From the NCBI GenBank assembly GCA_963758715.1, contig CAVWWK010000004.1, positions 225,404-289,403 on the forward strand: a DNA stretch of 64,000 nucleotides, read 5' to 3'. This DNA is from an uncultured Actinomycetes bacterium. GTDB lineage: Bacteria; Actinomycetota; UBA4738; HRBIN12. The position numbers were made by a program, and so were the translations under genes. Under the pieces are notes generated by a model. It searched no databases. It saw nothing but the letters and a program-made list of their open reading frames with translations, and had not been told where the DNA came from. Shown one piece after another: positions 12,748 through 21,399 of this stretch (the first letter of the stretch is position 1; each line of letters starts with the position of its first letter).

Positions 12748-13824
12748 TCAGCGCAGGGACTCCACGATGCGGCCGCCGCCCAACAGGCGTTCCCCCTGGT
12801 AGAGCACCGCGCTCTGCCCGGGAGCCACGGCATGCTGCAGGGAGGAGAACCGCACACGGATCAGGTCGCCGTTGGGCACGACCTCGGCGGGCACGTCCTC
12901 GCCTCGATAGCGGATGCGAACGAGCGCCTCGAATCCTCCGTCGGCGGGAGGCTCCCCCGCCACCCACGAGACGCGGTCGGCGACCAGGCCGCCGCGAGCC
13001 AGGAGCTCCTTCGGTCCCACGACGATCCGATTCGCGGCGGCGTCCACGCCGACGACGTAGGCCGGCTCGCCGAGCGCGACGCCCAGCCCGCGGCGCTGCC
13101 CCACCGTGAACGCGAAGGTTCCGTCGTGTTCGGCGAGGACGCGGCCGGCAGGATCGACAACCTCGCCGCCCGCATGCACGAGCGCAGGCGCGTTGGAACG
13201 GACGAACCCCCCCGCGTCCCCGCTCGGTGCGAAGCACAGCTCCTGCGAATCGGGCTTGGACGCGACCGGGAGGCCGAACCGCTCGGCGTGGGAGCGCGTG
13301 ATCGCCTTCGGCATGCCGCCGACCGGGAAGAGGGATCGCTCGAGCTGAGCCTGGCCGAGCATGTGCAACATGTACGTCTGATCCTTCGCCCGGTCGGCGC
13401 CTCTGTGCAGCTCCCAGCGCCCGTCCGAGCCCTGGACCCGCCGGACGTAGTGACCCGTGGCCACGAAGTCCATCCCCAGCTCGTCGGCCCGGTCCAGGAA
13501 CGACCCGAACTTGATCTCGCCGTTGCAACGGGCGCACGGGTTCGGCGTCCGGCCTTCCCCGAGCTCGTCCGCGAAATCGGCGATCACCCGATCGGCGAAG
13601 ACCTGCGAGTGGTCCACGATCTCGAATCCGAATCCGCCGATCCGCGCGACCTCGGCCGCGTCGCCTCGAGCGGCGGGCCCGCAGCAGCCGTGCTCCACAC
13701 CGTCCAGGTGCACCAGCTCCATGTGGGAGCCCAGCACCTCGTACCCCTGCTCACGGAGCAGGCAGGCCGCGACCGACGAGTCCACCCCGCCCGACATCGC
13801 GACGAGCACCGATCCCTTCGACAT
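12748..13824 (-). CDS. mnmA: tRNA-specific 2-thiouridylase.
   Basis: 358 aa. PP-loop SGGVDSSV, catalytic Cys pair, full length. Confidence 0.93.
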   Translation of the reverse strand: MSKGSVLVAMSGGVDSSVAACLLREQGYEVLGSHMELVHLDGVEHGCCGPAARGDAAEVARIGGFGFEIVDHSQVFADRVIADFADELGEGRTPNPCARCNGEIKFGSFLDRADELGMDFVATGHYVRRVQGSDGRWELHRGADRAKDQTYMLHMLGQAQLERSLFPVGGMPKAITRSHAERFGLPVASKPDSQELCFAPSGDAGGFVRSNAPALVHAGGEVVDPAGRVLAEHDGTFAFTVGQRRGLGVALGEPAYVVGVDAAANRIVVGPKELLARGGLVADRVSWVAGEPPADGGFEALVRIRYRGEDVPAEVVPNGDLIRVRFSSLQHAVAPGQSAVLYQGERLLGGGRIVESLR

Positions 13825-13874
13825 GCACCGAGGCTACCTGCCATCGAGACCACCGCTCACGGGCCGCTCAGCGC

Positions 13875-15686
13875 TTGGTCGGCGAACCTGTCCCTCCGCG
13901 TATCGTTCCCGGCGTGATCGACGCCCGATTCGACGACCTCACGGGGGCTGAGCCGTCGTTTCGGCTCGCCGAACCCGTGGGGGTGCTGGAGGCCGGGCGG
14001 CCCGACGAGGTGCCGGGCATCGTCGCCGCTGCGGAGGCGGCCGCCGGACGAGGGCTGTGGGTCGCCGGGTTCGTGGCGTACGAGGCGGCGCCCGGGCTGG
14101 ATCCCTCGCTCGACGTGCGCGGACGCGGCAAGGGCGATCCGTTCGAGCGGCTCCCGCTCGCCTGGTTCTCGATGTTCGAGCGGCTCGAGGAGACGGTGCT
14201 GCCCGAGCCGCAGCGCGATCCCGAGCCGGTGCACCCGGGGGCGTGGGTCCCATCGATCGATCGGGAGGGCTACGACCGTGCCATCGCGACGATCCGCGGA
14301 CACATCGCGGCGGGAGACACCTACCAGGTCAACCACACGCTGCGGCTCCGCTCGCAGGTCCGAGGGGACGAACGGGGCCTGTACCGCGACCTGTGCTACG
14401 CCCAACGCGGGGCCTACGCCGCGTTCCTGAACGTCGGGCGCTTCCGGATCCTGTCGGCCTCACCCGAGCTCTTCTTCCGGCTCGACGACGACATGCTGAC
14501 CACCAGGCCGATGAAGGGAACCGCGGCGCGCGGACGCTGGCCCGCCGAGGACGCGGAGATCGCCGCCGCCCTCCGCGGCTCGGTGAAGGACCGGGCCGAG
14601 AACGCCATGATCGTGGACCTGCTCCGCAACGACATGGGCCGGATCGCGGTGCCGGGCTCGGTGTCGTGGAGCGACGTCTTCGACCTCGAGCGCTATGAGA
14701 CGGTGTGGCAGCTGACCTCGACCGTCTCGGCCCGCAAGCGCCCGGAGGTGGGGCTCGTCGACGTCTTCAGGGCACTCTTCCCGTGCGGCTCGGTGACCGG
14801 CGCGCCGAAGGTCCGAACCATGGAGATCATCGCCGAGCTCGAGGATTCACCGCGAGGCGTGTACTGCGGTGCGGTGGGGTTCCTCTCCCCGCCGGGCTCG
14901 GGGCGGCCGGCGGCGCGATTCAACGTGCCCATCCGCACGGTGGTGGTCGACGCGGAAACCGGTACGGCGGAGTACGGCGTGGGCGGCGGCATCACGTGGG
15001 GCTCGAGCGCGTCCTCCGAGTACGACGAGACCGTCGCGAAGGCTCGGGTGCTCACCGAGCGGCGGCCCCGGTTCGAGCTGTTCGAGACGATGCGTCACGA
15101 TCCTGGGGAAGGGCTCCTGCACGTCGATCGACACGTCGCTCGCCTGCGCGGCTCCACCGGGTATTTCGGCTTCGACTTCGACGAGCAGGCGCTGCGCTCG
15201 GCGCTGGACGAGGAGGCCGCGAAGCTCTCGGGCAGGGCGGCGAGGGTGCGGGTCACCATGGACCGTCGAGGACGGGTGTCGGTGGGCACCTCGCCGCTTC
15301 CACCCGTCGCCGAACCCGTTCGCCTGGCGGTGGACACGGCGGACCCGGTCGACCCCGGTGACCCGATGCTGTTCCACAAGACCACTCGCCGGCTCCGCTA
15401 CGAAGAGGCGGTCGCCCGCCACCCCGACGAGGACGACGTGGTGCTCACGAACCGCAGGGGCGAGATCACCGAGACCACCGTCGCCAACATCGCGGTCCGC
15501 CTGAACGGTGCCTGGATCACTCCTCCCCTCGACTGCGGGCTCCTGCCGGGCGTGGGACGAGAGGTCGCCCTCGAGGAAGGATGGTGCGTCGAAGGCGTGA
15601 TCCGCCTCGAGGATCTCGCGGTGGCACAAGAGGTAGCGCTGGTCAGCGACGTGCGGGGCCGGCGCCGCGCGGTGGTCGTCGACTGA
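13875..15686 (+). CDS. pabBC: Bifunctional aminodeoxychorismate synthase component I / aminodeoxychorismate lyase (PabB-PabC fusion).
   Basis: 603 aa. The N-terminal 400 aa is a chorismate-binding enzyme (PMKGT, GAVGF). The C-terminal 190 aa has a class IV aminotransferase fold. Confidence 0.85.
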   Translation: MVGEPVPPRIVPGVIDARFDDLTGAEPSFRLAEPVGVLEAGRPDEVPGIVAAAEAAAGRGLWVAGFVAYEAAPGLDPSLDVRGRGKGDPFERLPLAWFSMFERLEETVLPEPQRDPEPVHPGAWVPSIDREGYDRAIATIRGHIAAGDTYQVNHTLRLRSQVRGDERGLYRDLCYAQRGAYAAFLNVGRFRILSASPELFFRLDDDMLTTRPMKGTAARGRWPAEDAEIAAALRGSVKDRAENAMIVDLLRNDMGRIAVPGSVSWSDVFDLERYETVWQLTSTVSARKRPEVGLVDVFRALFPCGSVTGAPKVRTMEIIAELEDSPRGVYCGAVGFLSPPGSGRPAARFNVPIRTVVVDAETGTAEYGVGGGITWGSSASSEYDETVAKARVLTERRPRFELFETMRHDPGEGLLHVDRHVARLRGSTGYFGFDFDEQALRSALDEEAAKLSGRAARVRVTMDRRGRVSVGTSPLPPVAEPVRLAVDTADPVDPGDPMLFHKTTRRLRYEEAVARHPDEDDVVLTNRRGEITETTVANIAVRLNGAWITPPLDCGLLPGVGREVALEEGWCVEGVIRLEDLAVAQEVALVSDVRGRRRAVVVD

Positions 15687-15689
15687 AGG

Positions 15690-15866
15690 TCAGTCCGACT
15701 CGGGGACCTTGTCCTGCGGGAAGAGGAAAGGCCGGACGCCGTTCTCGTCCAACGGACAGGCGCAGAGGGGACACCTGGGCGGTTCCTCGTAGACGAGCAC
15801 GGTTCGCTCGCAGTACGGGCAGGCGCCCTCGCGCATCGCGGGAGGTTCGGCGATCTCGTTCGTCAT
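15690..15866 (-). CDS. Small zinc-ribbon protein of 58 aa (MTNEIAEPPAMREGACPYCERTVLVYEEPPRCPLCACPLDENGVRPFLFPQDKVPESD).
   Basis: Found by hand translation; it is absent from the supplied ORF track, which is limited to ORFs of 60 aa or more. CPYC...CPLC are two CxxC knuckles. Convergent with pabBC (stops 3 nt apart). Confidence 0.45.
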   Translation of the reverse strand: MTNEIAEPPAMREGACPYCERTVLVYEEPPRCPLCACPLDENGVRPFLFPQDKVPESD

Positions 15867-16052
15867 GTGGGTCGCGCTCGGGGGGAGCGGTCACCCCCAG
15901 CATCGGCAGCCTCGACCCCTACCTTGAATCAGGCACTCTTCGACGTGAAGAGCCTCGCTCGCAGACCATCCGGCTCACTGGCCGGCTCACCGGCGACGAC
16001 CCGCCACTGTACGTCGACCAGGGGAGGCGCCAGGGCCACCCCGGCGGATCGC

Positions 16053-16265
16053 TCAGGCAGCTTCGTTGCGGCTCTTACGCTTCCCGCGGGGGACATAGGC
16101 ATGGACGGGCTCGTGCTGCCAACAGAAGTTCCACTTGTTGTAGCGCGAGAGCTTCGTCTCGCACCCCGGCTCCGCGCAGATCCTGCCGGTCGTGTACTGC
16201 TTGTTGGCCCGCGGGAGCGGTCGCACGGATGCGCCCCGGTACCTCTCCTCTGCCACGTCGCTCAC
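16053..16265 (-). CDS. Small basic Cys/His protein of 70 aa (CAEPGC...C..H), a putative zinc-binding protein.
   Basis: ORF track. The C-x4-C...C-x2-H spacing and a basic tail (RGKRKSRNEAA) suggest nucleic-acid binding. Tandem with the 58-aa zinc-ribbon gene. Confidence 0.45.
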   Translation of the reverse strand: MSDVAEERYRGASVRPLPRANKQYTTGRICAEPGCETKLSRYNKWNFCWQHEPVHAYVPRGKRKSRNEAA

Positions 16266-16379
16266 ATCCTTTCGCCGGACCCGGGTCGGGCATCGAGAGC
16301 GGGTCCGCTTGCACGTACTTCGAACGACCCGCGGCGGCGGTTCATTCCGGATCCTCGGGATCTCAACGCCGGCGCAGGC

Positions 16380-17159
16380 TCAGGAAGCGCTCCCATCGAA
16401 GCGAGGTTCGCGCTTCTCGAGGAACGCGTACATGCCTTCTCGCTGGTCAGGGGTGCCGAAGAGCTGCAGGAACGCGGCCCGTTCCCGGGCGATGCCCTCT
16501 GCGCCCGGCGCCTCGATCGCCCAGCGGATCGCGTCCTTCGCGGCCGCAAGGGCAGCTCGCGGGCCGGCGGCCAGCGCCCGGGCGTCGCGCAGGGCCGCGT
16601 CGAAGAGCTCCTCGGCCGGTTCGAGCCGATGGGTGAGCCCGAGGTCCAACGATTCCCGAGCGTCGATCTGGCGGCCGGTGACGACGAGCTCGAGGGTGCG
16701 TCCGGGACCGATGAGCCTGGTCAGCCGCTGGGTGCCGCCCGCGCCGGGGATCACCCCGATGCGGACCTCGGGCTGGCCCAGCCGGGCGTCGTCGGCCAGC
16801 AGACGGAGGTCGGCCGCGAGCGCGAGCTCCATGCCGCCGCCCAGGGCGTAGCCGTTGACGGCGGCGATCGAGATCTTCGGCAGCGACTCGAGCAGGTCGC
16901 ACGCGGTGCCCAGGGCTCCCACGCTGGGTTCGACCTCTGCTGGCCCCCAGTCCGCCATGGCCTTGATGTCGGCGCCCGCCGCGAAGATCTTCGGTCCGCC
17001 CCACACGACCAGGGCGCCGACGTCGTCGCGTTCTCCGGCGTCGCCGATCGCCTGCTGGAGCTCCAACCCCAGCTGAAGGTCGATCGCGTTGGCCGGCGGG
17101 CGGTCGAGCCTGATCACGCCTACGCCGTCGCCGACCTCGAGGCTGACGAACTCGCCCAT
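16380..17159 (-). CDS. Enoyl-CoA hydratase/isomerase (crotonase family).
   Basis: 259 aa. Oxyanion-hole motifs (AAGADIKAM, NGYALGGGMELALA). Confidence 0.85.
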   Translation of the reverse strand: MGEFVSLEVGDGVGVIRLDRPPANAIDLQLGLELQQAIGDAGERDDVGALVVWGGPKIFAAGADIKAMADWGPAEVEPSVGALGTACDLLESLPKISIAAVNGYALGGGMELALAADLRLLADDARLGQPEVRIGVIPGAGGTQRLTRLIGPGRTLELVVTGRQIDARESLDLGLTHRLEPAEELFDAALRDARALAAGPRAALAAAKDAIRWAIEAPGAEGIARERAAFLQLFGTPDQREGMYAFLEKREPRFDGSAS

Positions 17160-17170
17160 GCGCCCGGATG

Positions 17171-18055
17171 CTACTCGTCGGTGACCGCCGCCCGCTCCAG
17201 CGCTCCGCGCACACCCGCAACGAGCGGCGTGCGCGAGATGCCGAACTCATCGGCCGCCGGGGGCGCGTCGGCCCGCGAGGGAGCGGCGAACCGGGCGATC
17301 GTCCACGGGGAGATCGGGATCCCCAGGAGCCCCTCGACGGCCACCCTCGCCGTTTCGCCGTCGACGTGGTCGGGCCTGGGAGAAGCCTCACCCGCCAGCA
17401 GCGTCTCCATCCCGTCGGCCGTGACCACGTCGGGACCCTCGAGGGCCCAGGTCCCCGCCAGACCGCCAGGCCGGTCGTCGACGGCGGCGAGCACGGAGGC
17501 CACGTCCTCGACGGCGACCGGCGCGACCGGCTGCGAGCCATCCCCCACCACCTGCGGGGGAGAGGCGCCGGCCCCCAACACCACGGTGGCGAACCACAGG
17601 CTGCCGGCCCCGTAGGCGTGCGTGCTCCGGATCACCGCGTGGTCGAGCCCGCTGGTGACCACCGCCTCCTCGGCCAGGCCCCTCGCGCGCAGGTACGGGT
17701 CGTCCGCGTCCACGGAAGCGCCGGGCGCCGAGATCAGCACGAAGCGGTGGACACCGGCGACCTTGGCCGCGGAAAGGGCACGCACCACCGACCCGTGATT
17801 GGCGTCGAGCAGCGCCTCCTCGTCCGGCTGGTTCGGACCACCCACGAGGTGGATCACCGTGTATACGTAGCGGAGGACCTCCGCCAGCGCGTCGGCGTCG
17901 TCGAGCCGTCCCACCGTGACCTTGGCACCCAGCCCACGGAGCGCTTCGGCCGCATGCGGGCTCCGCACCGCTGCCCGAACTTCGTCGTCGCGGAGGAGCA
18001 GCGGGACCAGCGCGTGCCCGATGGGCCCCGAGGCCCCCGTCACCATGACCGTCAT
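17171..18055 (-). CDS. NAD(P)-binding NmrA-like/SDR-family oxidoreductase.
   Basis: 294 aa. N-terminal VTGASGPIG Rossmann motif. 12 nt upstream of the hydratase. Confidence 0.7.
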   Translation of the reverse strand: MTVMVTGASGPIGHALVPLLLRDDEVRAAVRSPHAAEALRGLGAKVTVGRLDDADALAEVLRYVYTVIHLVGGPNQPDEEALLDANHGSVVRALSAAKVAGVHRFVLISAPGASVDADDPYLRARGLAEEAVVTSGLDHAVIRSTHAYGAGSLWFATVVLGAGASPPQVVGDGSQPVAPVAVEDVASVLAAVDDRPGGLAGTWALEGPDVVTADGMETLLAGEASPRPDHVDGETARVAVEGLLGIPISPWTIARFAAPSRADAPPAADEFGISRTPLVAGVRGALERAAVTDE

Positions 18056-18117
18056 GGCTCCGAAGGCTACCTACCCGCAGGTCCTGCGAACCGACGATCG
18101 CCCACCGCCTGAAGCGG

Positions 18118-18146
18118 CACCTGCAACGCTTCTTGCACCTGCAACG
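18118..18146. promoter_or_regulatory. Candidate operator in the fur-family promoter: CACCTGCAACG-N7-CACCTGCAACG, containing the palindrome TTGCAccTGCAA.
   Basis: Direct reading. The 15-mer CTTGCAccTGCAACG (18132-18146) recurs as CTTGCAgtTGCAACG upstream of cbiM (21308-21322). Confidence 0.45.
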
Positions 18147-18198
18147 TGCTGCTACCATCGACGACGTGAACCGGAACGCGCACGAATTCACCGACGTG

Positions 18199-18606
18199 AT
18201 GTCCCTGCTCCGCAGCAAGGGACTGCGCATGACCCCGCAACGCCGGGCGATCGTGACCGAAGTCATGCGCACCCGGGGCCACATCTCCCCCACGTCGATC
18301 GCCCGCAAGGTGCAGGGTGAGATGCCCGGGGTCAACGCGTCGACCGTCTACCGGACGCTGACCTTGCTCGAAGAGGTCGGGGTGTTGTCCCACTCGCACC
18401 TGGAGTCCGGCGCCGAGTACCACAAGGCCGAGGAAGCCGAGCACGTGCACCTGACCTGCTCGCGGTGCGGCAAGGACGATCCCCTTTCTCTGCTCGAGGC
18501 GCAGGCGATGCACGAGCTGATCCGCCGCCACCACGGGTTCGAGGCCGACCTCACGCATTTCGCGATCACGGGCCTGTGCTCGTCGTGCGCCGCGCTTGCG
18601 GGCTGA
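18199..18606 (+). CDS. Fur-family metalloregulator (Zur/Nur-like).
   Basis: MTPQRRAIV...HSHLE...HxH...CSRCG...CSSC gives a Fur fold with two CxxC pairs. The ORF track starts at TTG 18133, but ATG 18199 (MSLLRSKG) is the more likely start. Confidence 0.85.
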   Translation: MSLLRSKGLRMTPQRRAIVTEVMRTRGHISPTSIARKVQGEMPGVNASTVYRTLTLLEEVGVLSHSHLESGAEYHKAEEAEHVHLTCSRCGKDDPLSLLEAQAMHELIRRHHGFEADLTHFAITGLCSSCAALAG

Positions 18607-18615
18607 CGCCGCGGG

Positions 18616-19374
18616 CTAGCGGAAGGCTCGGTCGGGGAAGAACCCGAAGGGGAGCTCCAGGCGGTTGGCGGCCATCAGGGTCTCGTCGGCCAACAGATCC
18701 CTGGTCGGGCCGTCGGCGGCCAGGACGCCCTCGTTCATGACCACGGCACGAGGGCACAGCTCCAAGGCATACGGGAGGTCGTGGGTCACCATCAGCATCG
18801 TGATCTGCAGCGACAGCAGGATGTCGGCGAGCTCCCGTCGGCCGGCGGGATCCAGGTTCGAAGACGGCTCGTCGAGCACCAGGATCTCGGGCTCCATCGC
18901 GAGCACCGTTGCGACCGCGACCCGGCGGCGTTGCCCGAAGCTCAGGTGATGGGGAGGCCGGTCGGCGTATCCCTCCATGCCGACGGCACGCAGGGCTCGA
19001 TCGACGCACACGTCCAGCGCGTCCCCGCGCACACCCATGTTGGCGGGACCGAACGCGACGTCGTCGCGAACTGTGGGCATGAACAGCTGATCGTCGGGAT
19101 CCTGGAAGACGATCCCCACCCGGCGGCGGATCTCCTTCATGTGCTCCTTGGTGATCGGCAACCCTCCCACCAGCACCGACCCGTGCTGAGCCGTGTTGAT
19201 GCCGTTGAGGTGCATCACGAGCGTGGTCTTCCCTGCGCCGTTGGGCCCCAGAAGCGCGACGCGCTCGCCGACCCCGATCGTGAGGTCGATGCCGAAGAGC
19301 GCCTGGTGGCCGTCCGGGTAGGCGAACGCCAGGCGGGTGACCTCGAGCGCGGGCGCCGGGGACATCGCGCTCAT
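18616..19374 (-). CDS. cbiO: ECF transporter ATPase CbiO/EcfA.
   Basis: Walker A GPNGAGKTT, signature LSFGQRRR, Walker B LVLDEPSS. ATGA overlap with the cbiQ stop. Confidence 0.9.
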   Translation of the reverse strand: MSAMSPAPALEVTRLAFAYPDGHQALFGIDLTIGVGERVALLGPNGAGKTTLVMHLNGINTAQHGSVLVGGLPITKEHMKEIRRRVGIVFQDPDDQLFMPTVRDDVAFGPANMGVRGDALDVCVDRALRAVGMEGYADRPPHHLSFGQRRRVAVATVLAMEPEILVLDEPSSNLDPAGRRELADILLSLQITMLMVTHDLPYALELCPRAVVMNEGVLAADGPTRDLLADETLMAANRLELPFGFFPDRAFR

Positions 19375-20138
19375 GGCAGGAGGACCCAGGCCGCGATCGC
19401 GACGATCGTCGCGATGGCGGGCAGGGTCAGCGCCACGGCCCACTGGGCGACGCTCGCGCGACCCGTCTCCACCTCGGGGAGCCGGCCGTCGAAACCACGC
19501 GAGACCATCGCGAGATGGACCCGCTCCCCGCGTTCGTACGATCGGATGAACAGCGCGCCGGCCGAGGCCGCGAACCCCTTGGCCTGCCACAGCCACCGCG
19601 CGTCATAGCCCCGCGACTCACGCGCCACCTTCATGCGTCGCGCCTCTCCCGAGATGACCTCGGAGTAGCGGATCATGAACCCCGTGATCGAGGTGAACAC
19701 CGAGGGCAGGTAGAGGCGCTCCAACCCCCGGAGGAACTCGGGCACCGGCGTGGTGGCCGCGAGGATCACGCTGGCGGCCACGCCGATCGTGCCCTTGACC
19801 AGGATGTTCCACATCGCCCACAGGCCTTCGACCGACAACGAGAGACCGAGCACGTCGATCCGTTCACCCTGTCCCACCAACGGCAGGAACACGGCGAACA
19901 GGACGAACGGCACCTCGATCACCAGCCGCCTGGCCACGAAGCGCGGCGTGAGGTCGGCCAGCTGGGTGAGCGCCAGGAGCATCAGCGCATAGACCCCGAA
20001 TGCCCAGAACGCTTCCCGCGGGGTGGCGACCACAGCGAACACGAACAGCACGTGCGCCGCCAGCTTGCACTCGGGCCGGAGTCGGTGGATCGGGCTGTCC
20101 CCGTGGACGAAGAGCGCGTGCGCGTGGCCACCGGTCAT
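19371..20138 (-). CDS. cbiQ: ECF transporter transmembrane (T) component CbiQ/EcfT.
   Basis: Hydrophobic 5-6 TM protein, a CbiQ-family member by position. Start chosen at MTGGHAHALF (20138). Confidence 0.8.
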   Translation of the reverse strand: MTGGHAHALFVHGDSPIHRLRPECKLAAHVLFVFAVVATPREAFWAFGVYALMLLALTQLADLTPRFVARRLVIEVPFVLFAVFLPLVGQGERIDVLGLSLSVEGLWAMWNILVKGTIGVAASVILAATTPVPEFLRGLERLYLPSVFTSITGFMIRYSEVISGEARRMKVARESRGYDARWLWQAKGFAASAGALFIRSYERGERVHLAMVSRGFDGRLPEVETGRASVAQWAVALTLPAIATIVAIAAWVLLP

Positions 20139-20166
20139 GGCCGATCGCCCTCGAGACGCCGGCGGT

Positions 20167-20541
20167 TCACGTCGATGCGCCGGAGGACGCGGTGGCCGCG
20201 CCCGCTTCCCCCTCACCGTTCGGCTCACCCTTCAGCTTCGGGCGGAGGCTGAAGACCCCGAAGACCAGGAGTCCGGCCCCGAACGTCACGGCAACCCCGA
20301 TGACTCCGGACAGACCGGTGGCGAGGTCCTCGTCGTCCACGCCCCGGACCCCGTAGTCGGCCAGCGGGCTCTCGGCGGTCGTATGCTCGGTCGCCGTGTC
20401 GGCGAAGCCTTCGTCCTGGGCGACCTTCTCGAGACCATCGGGCGAGCTGCTCGCGAAGCGGCTGACGACGAACGCCAACCCGAGCACGACCAACAGACCT
20501 CCGATCATCAGCGCCCAGCTGCCCGCCCGCCTCCGCGCCAT
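20167..20541 (-). CDS. PDGLE-domain membrane protein (CbiN-like auxiliary component).
   Basis: 124 aa. Literal SPDGLEKVA motif, flanked by an N-terminal and a C-terminal TM helix. Its ATG overlaps the cbiM stop (TGATG). Confidence 0.7.
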   Translation of the reverse strand: MARRRAGSWALMIGGLLVVLGLAFVVSRFASSSPDGLEKVAQDEGFADTATEHTTAESPLADYGVRGVDDEDLATGLSGVIGVAVTFGAGLLVFGVFSLRPKLKGEPNGEGEAGAATASSGAST

Positions 20542-21236
20542 CACGACCTCCCCACGATGGCCTGCTGGTCGCGCAGCTGCAGGTCCGGGAGCAGATCCTG
20601 CGCTCCGTAGACGAGGTCGGGTCGAACACCGATCACGACGCCCACGGTCATCGCGGTGATGATGCCCTCGCCGATCCCGATCAGGAAGTGGGTGCCGACC
20701 ATGGCGGCGAGCACCGTTCCGATGGACGCTCCGCCGTTGCCGCCGAGGGAGTACTCGAGCACGAACCCCGCGGCCGCGAGCACGACCGAGAGCATCGCGG
20801 CGATCGCCGAGGCGGCAACGACCGACCCGCGATTGGCGGGCAGCACACCGCGGATCCCCTTGAACACCAGATACCCGCCCCAGCCGGCGATCAGGGACAT
20901 GTTGAGCACGTTGAGCCCCAACGCGGTCAGCCCACCGTCGGCGAAGAGCAGCGCCTGCACCAGCAGCACCACCGCAACGGCGACGGCGCCAGCGTACGGC
21001 CCGACCAGGATCGCCGCGAGACACCCGCCGAGGAGGTGGCCGCTCGTGCCCGATGCGACGGGGAAGTTCAGCATCTGGACCGCGAAGATGAAGGCGGCGA
21101 CCAGACCCGCCATGGGCGCCAGCCGCTCCGACAAGGTCTCCTTGGCCTTGACCAGGCTGTAGCCGATACCTCCGGCGGAGACCACCCCGGCGGCGGCGGA
21201 CACACCCGCGTTGATGAACCCGTCCGGTATGTGCAC
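20541..21236 (-). CDS. cbiM: Cobalt/nickel ECF transporter substrate-capture subunit CbiM.
   Basis: MHIPDGF N-terminus, a CbiM/NikM hallmark. GTG start preceded by GAGGGG. Confidence 0.9.
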   Translation of the reverse strand: MHIPDGFINAGVSAAAGVVSAGGIGYSLVKAKETLSERLAPMAGLVAAFIFAVQMLNFPVASGTSGHLLGGCLAAILVGPYAGAVAVAVVLLVQALLFADGGLTALGLNVLNMSLIAGWGGYLVFKGIRGVLPANRGSVVAASAIAAMLSVVLAAAGFVLEYSLGGNGGASIGTVLAAMVGTHFLIGIGEGIITAMTVGVVIGVRPDLVYGAQDLLPDLQLRDQQAIVGRS

Positions 21237-21307
21237 GTGCTTCCCCTCGCTTCAGGCCCCTCGCTTCAGACGACCGGTCTTCAGGAGCCCCGTTTCAGGT
21301 GCCGGGC

Positions 21308-21374
21308 CTTGCAGTTGCAACGAACTGCGAGAAGTCATGCCCCCTGTATATCGCTCGACATCGCCGAACGTCAA
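21308..21374 (-). promoter_or_regulatory. Candidate cbi promoter (-35 TTGACG, 18-nt spacer, -10 TATACA on the minus strand) with operator-like CGTTGCAACTGCAAG just downstream.
   Basis: Reverse complement of 21345-21374 reads TTGACG-N18-TATACA. The 15-mer at 21308-21322 matches the motif in the fur promoter at 13 of 15 positions. Confidence 0.5.
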
Positions 21375-21399
21375 GGAACGACCCGGCGGGTCGCGGCGG

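Noticed and set aside
16289-16298. Perfect 10-bp palindrome GACCCGGGTC upstream of the 70-aa Zn-protein gene
   Set aside because: A short GC palindrome is expected by chance in 70%-GC DNA, and there is no flanking U-tract or partner motif. Not reported as a feature.
18133-18198. TTG start at 18133 for the Fur-family gene, which would add 22 N-terminal residues
   Set aside because: The extension (LHLQRAATIDDVNRNAHEFTDV) overlaps the operator-like repeats and precedes the conserved Fur N-terminus. ATG at 18199 gives a canonical Fur length.
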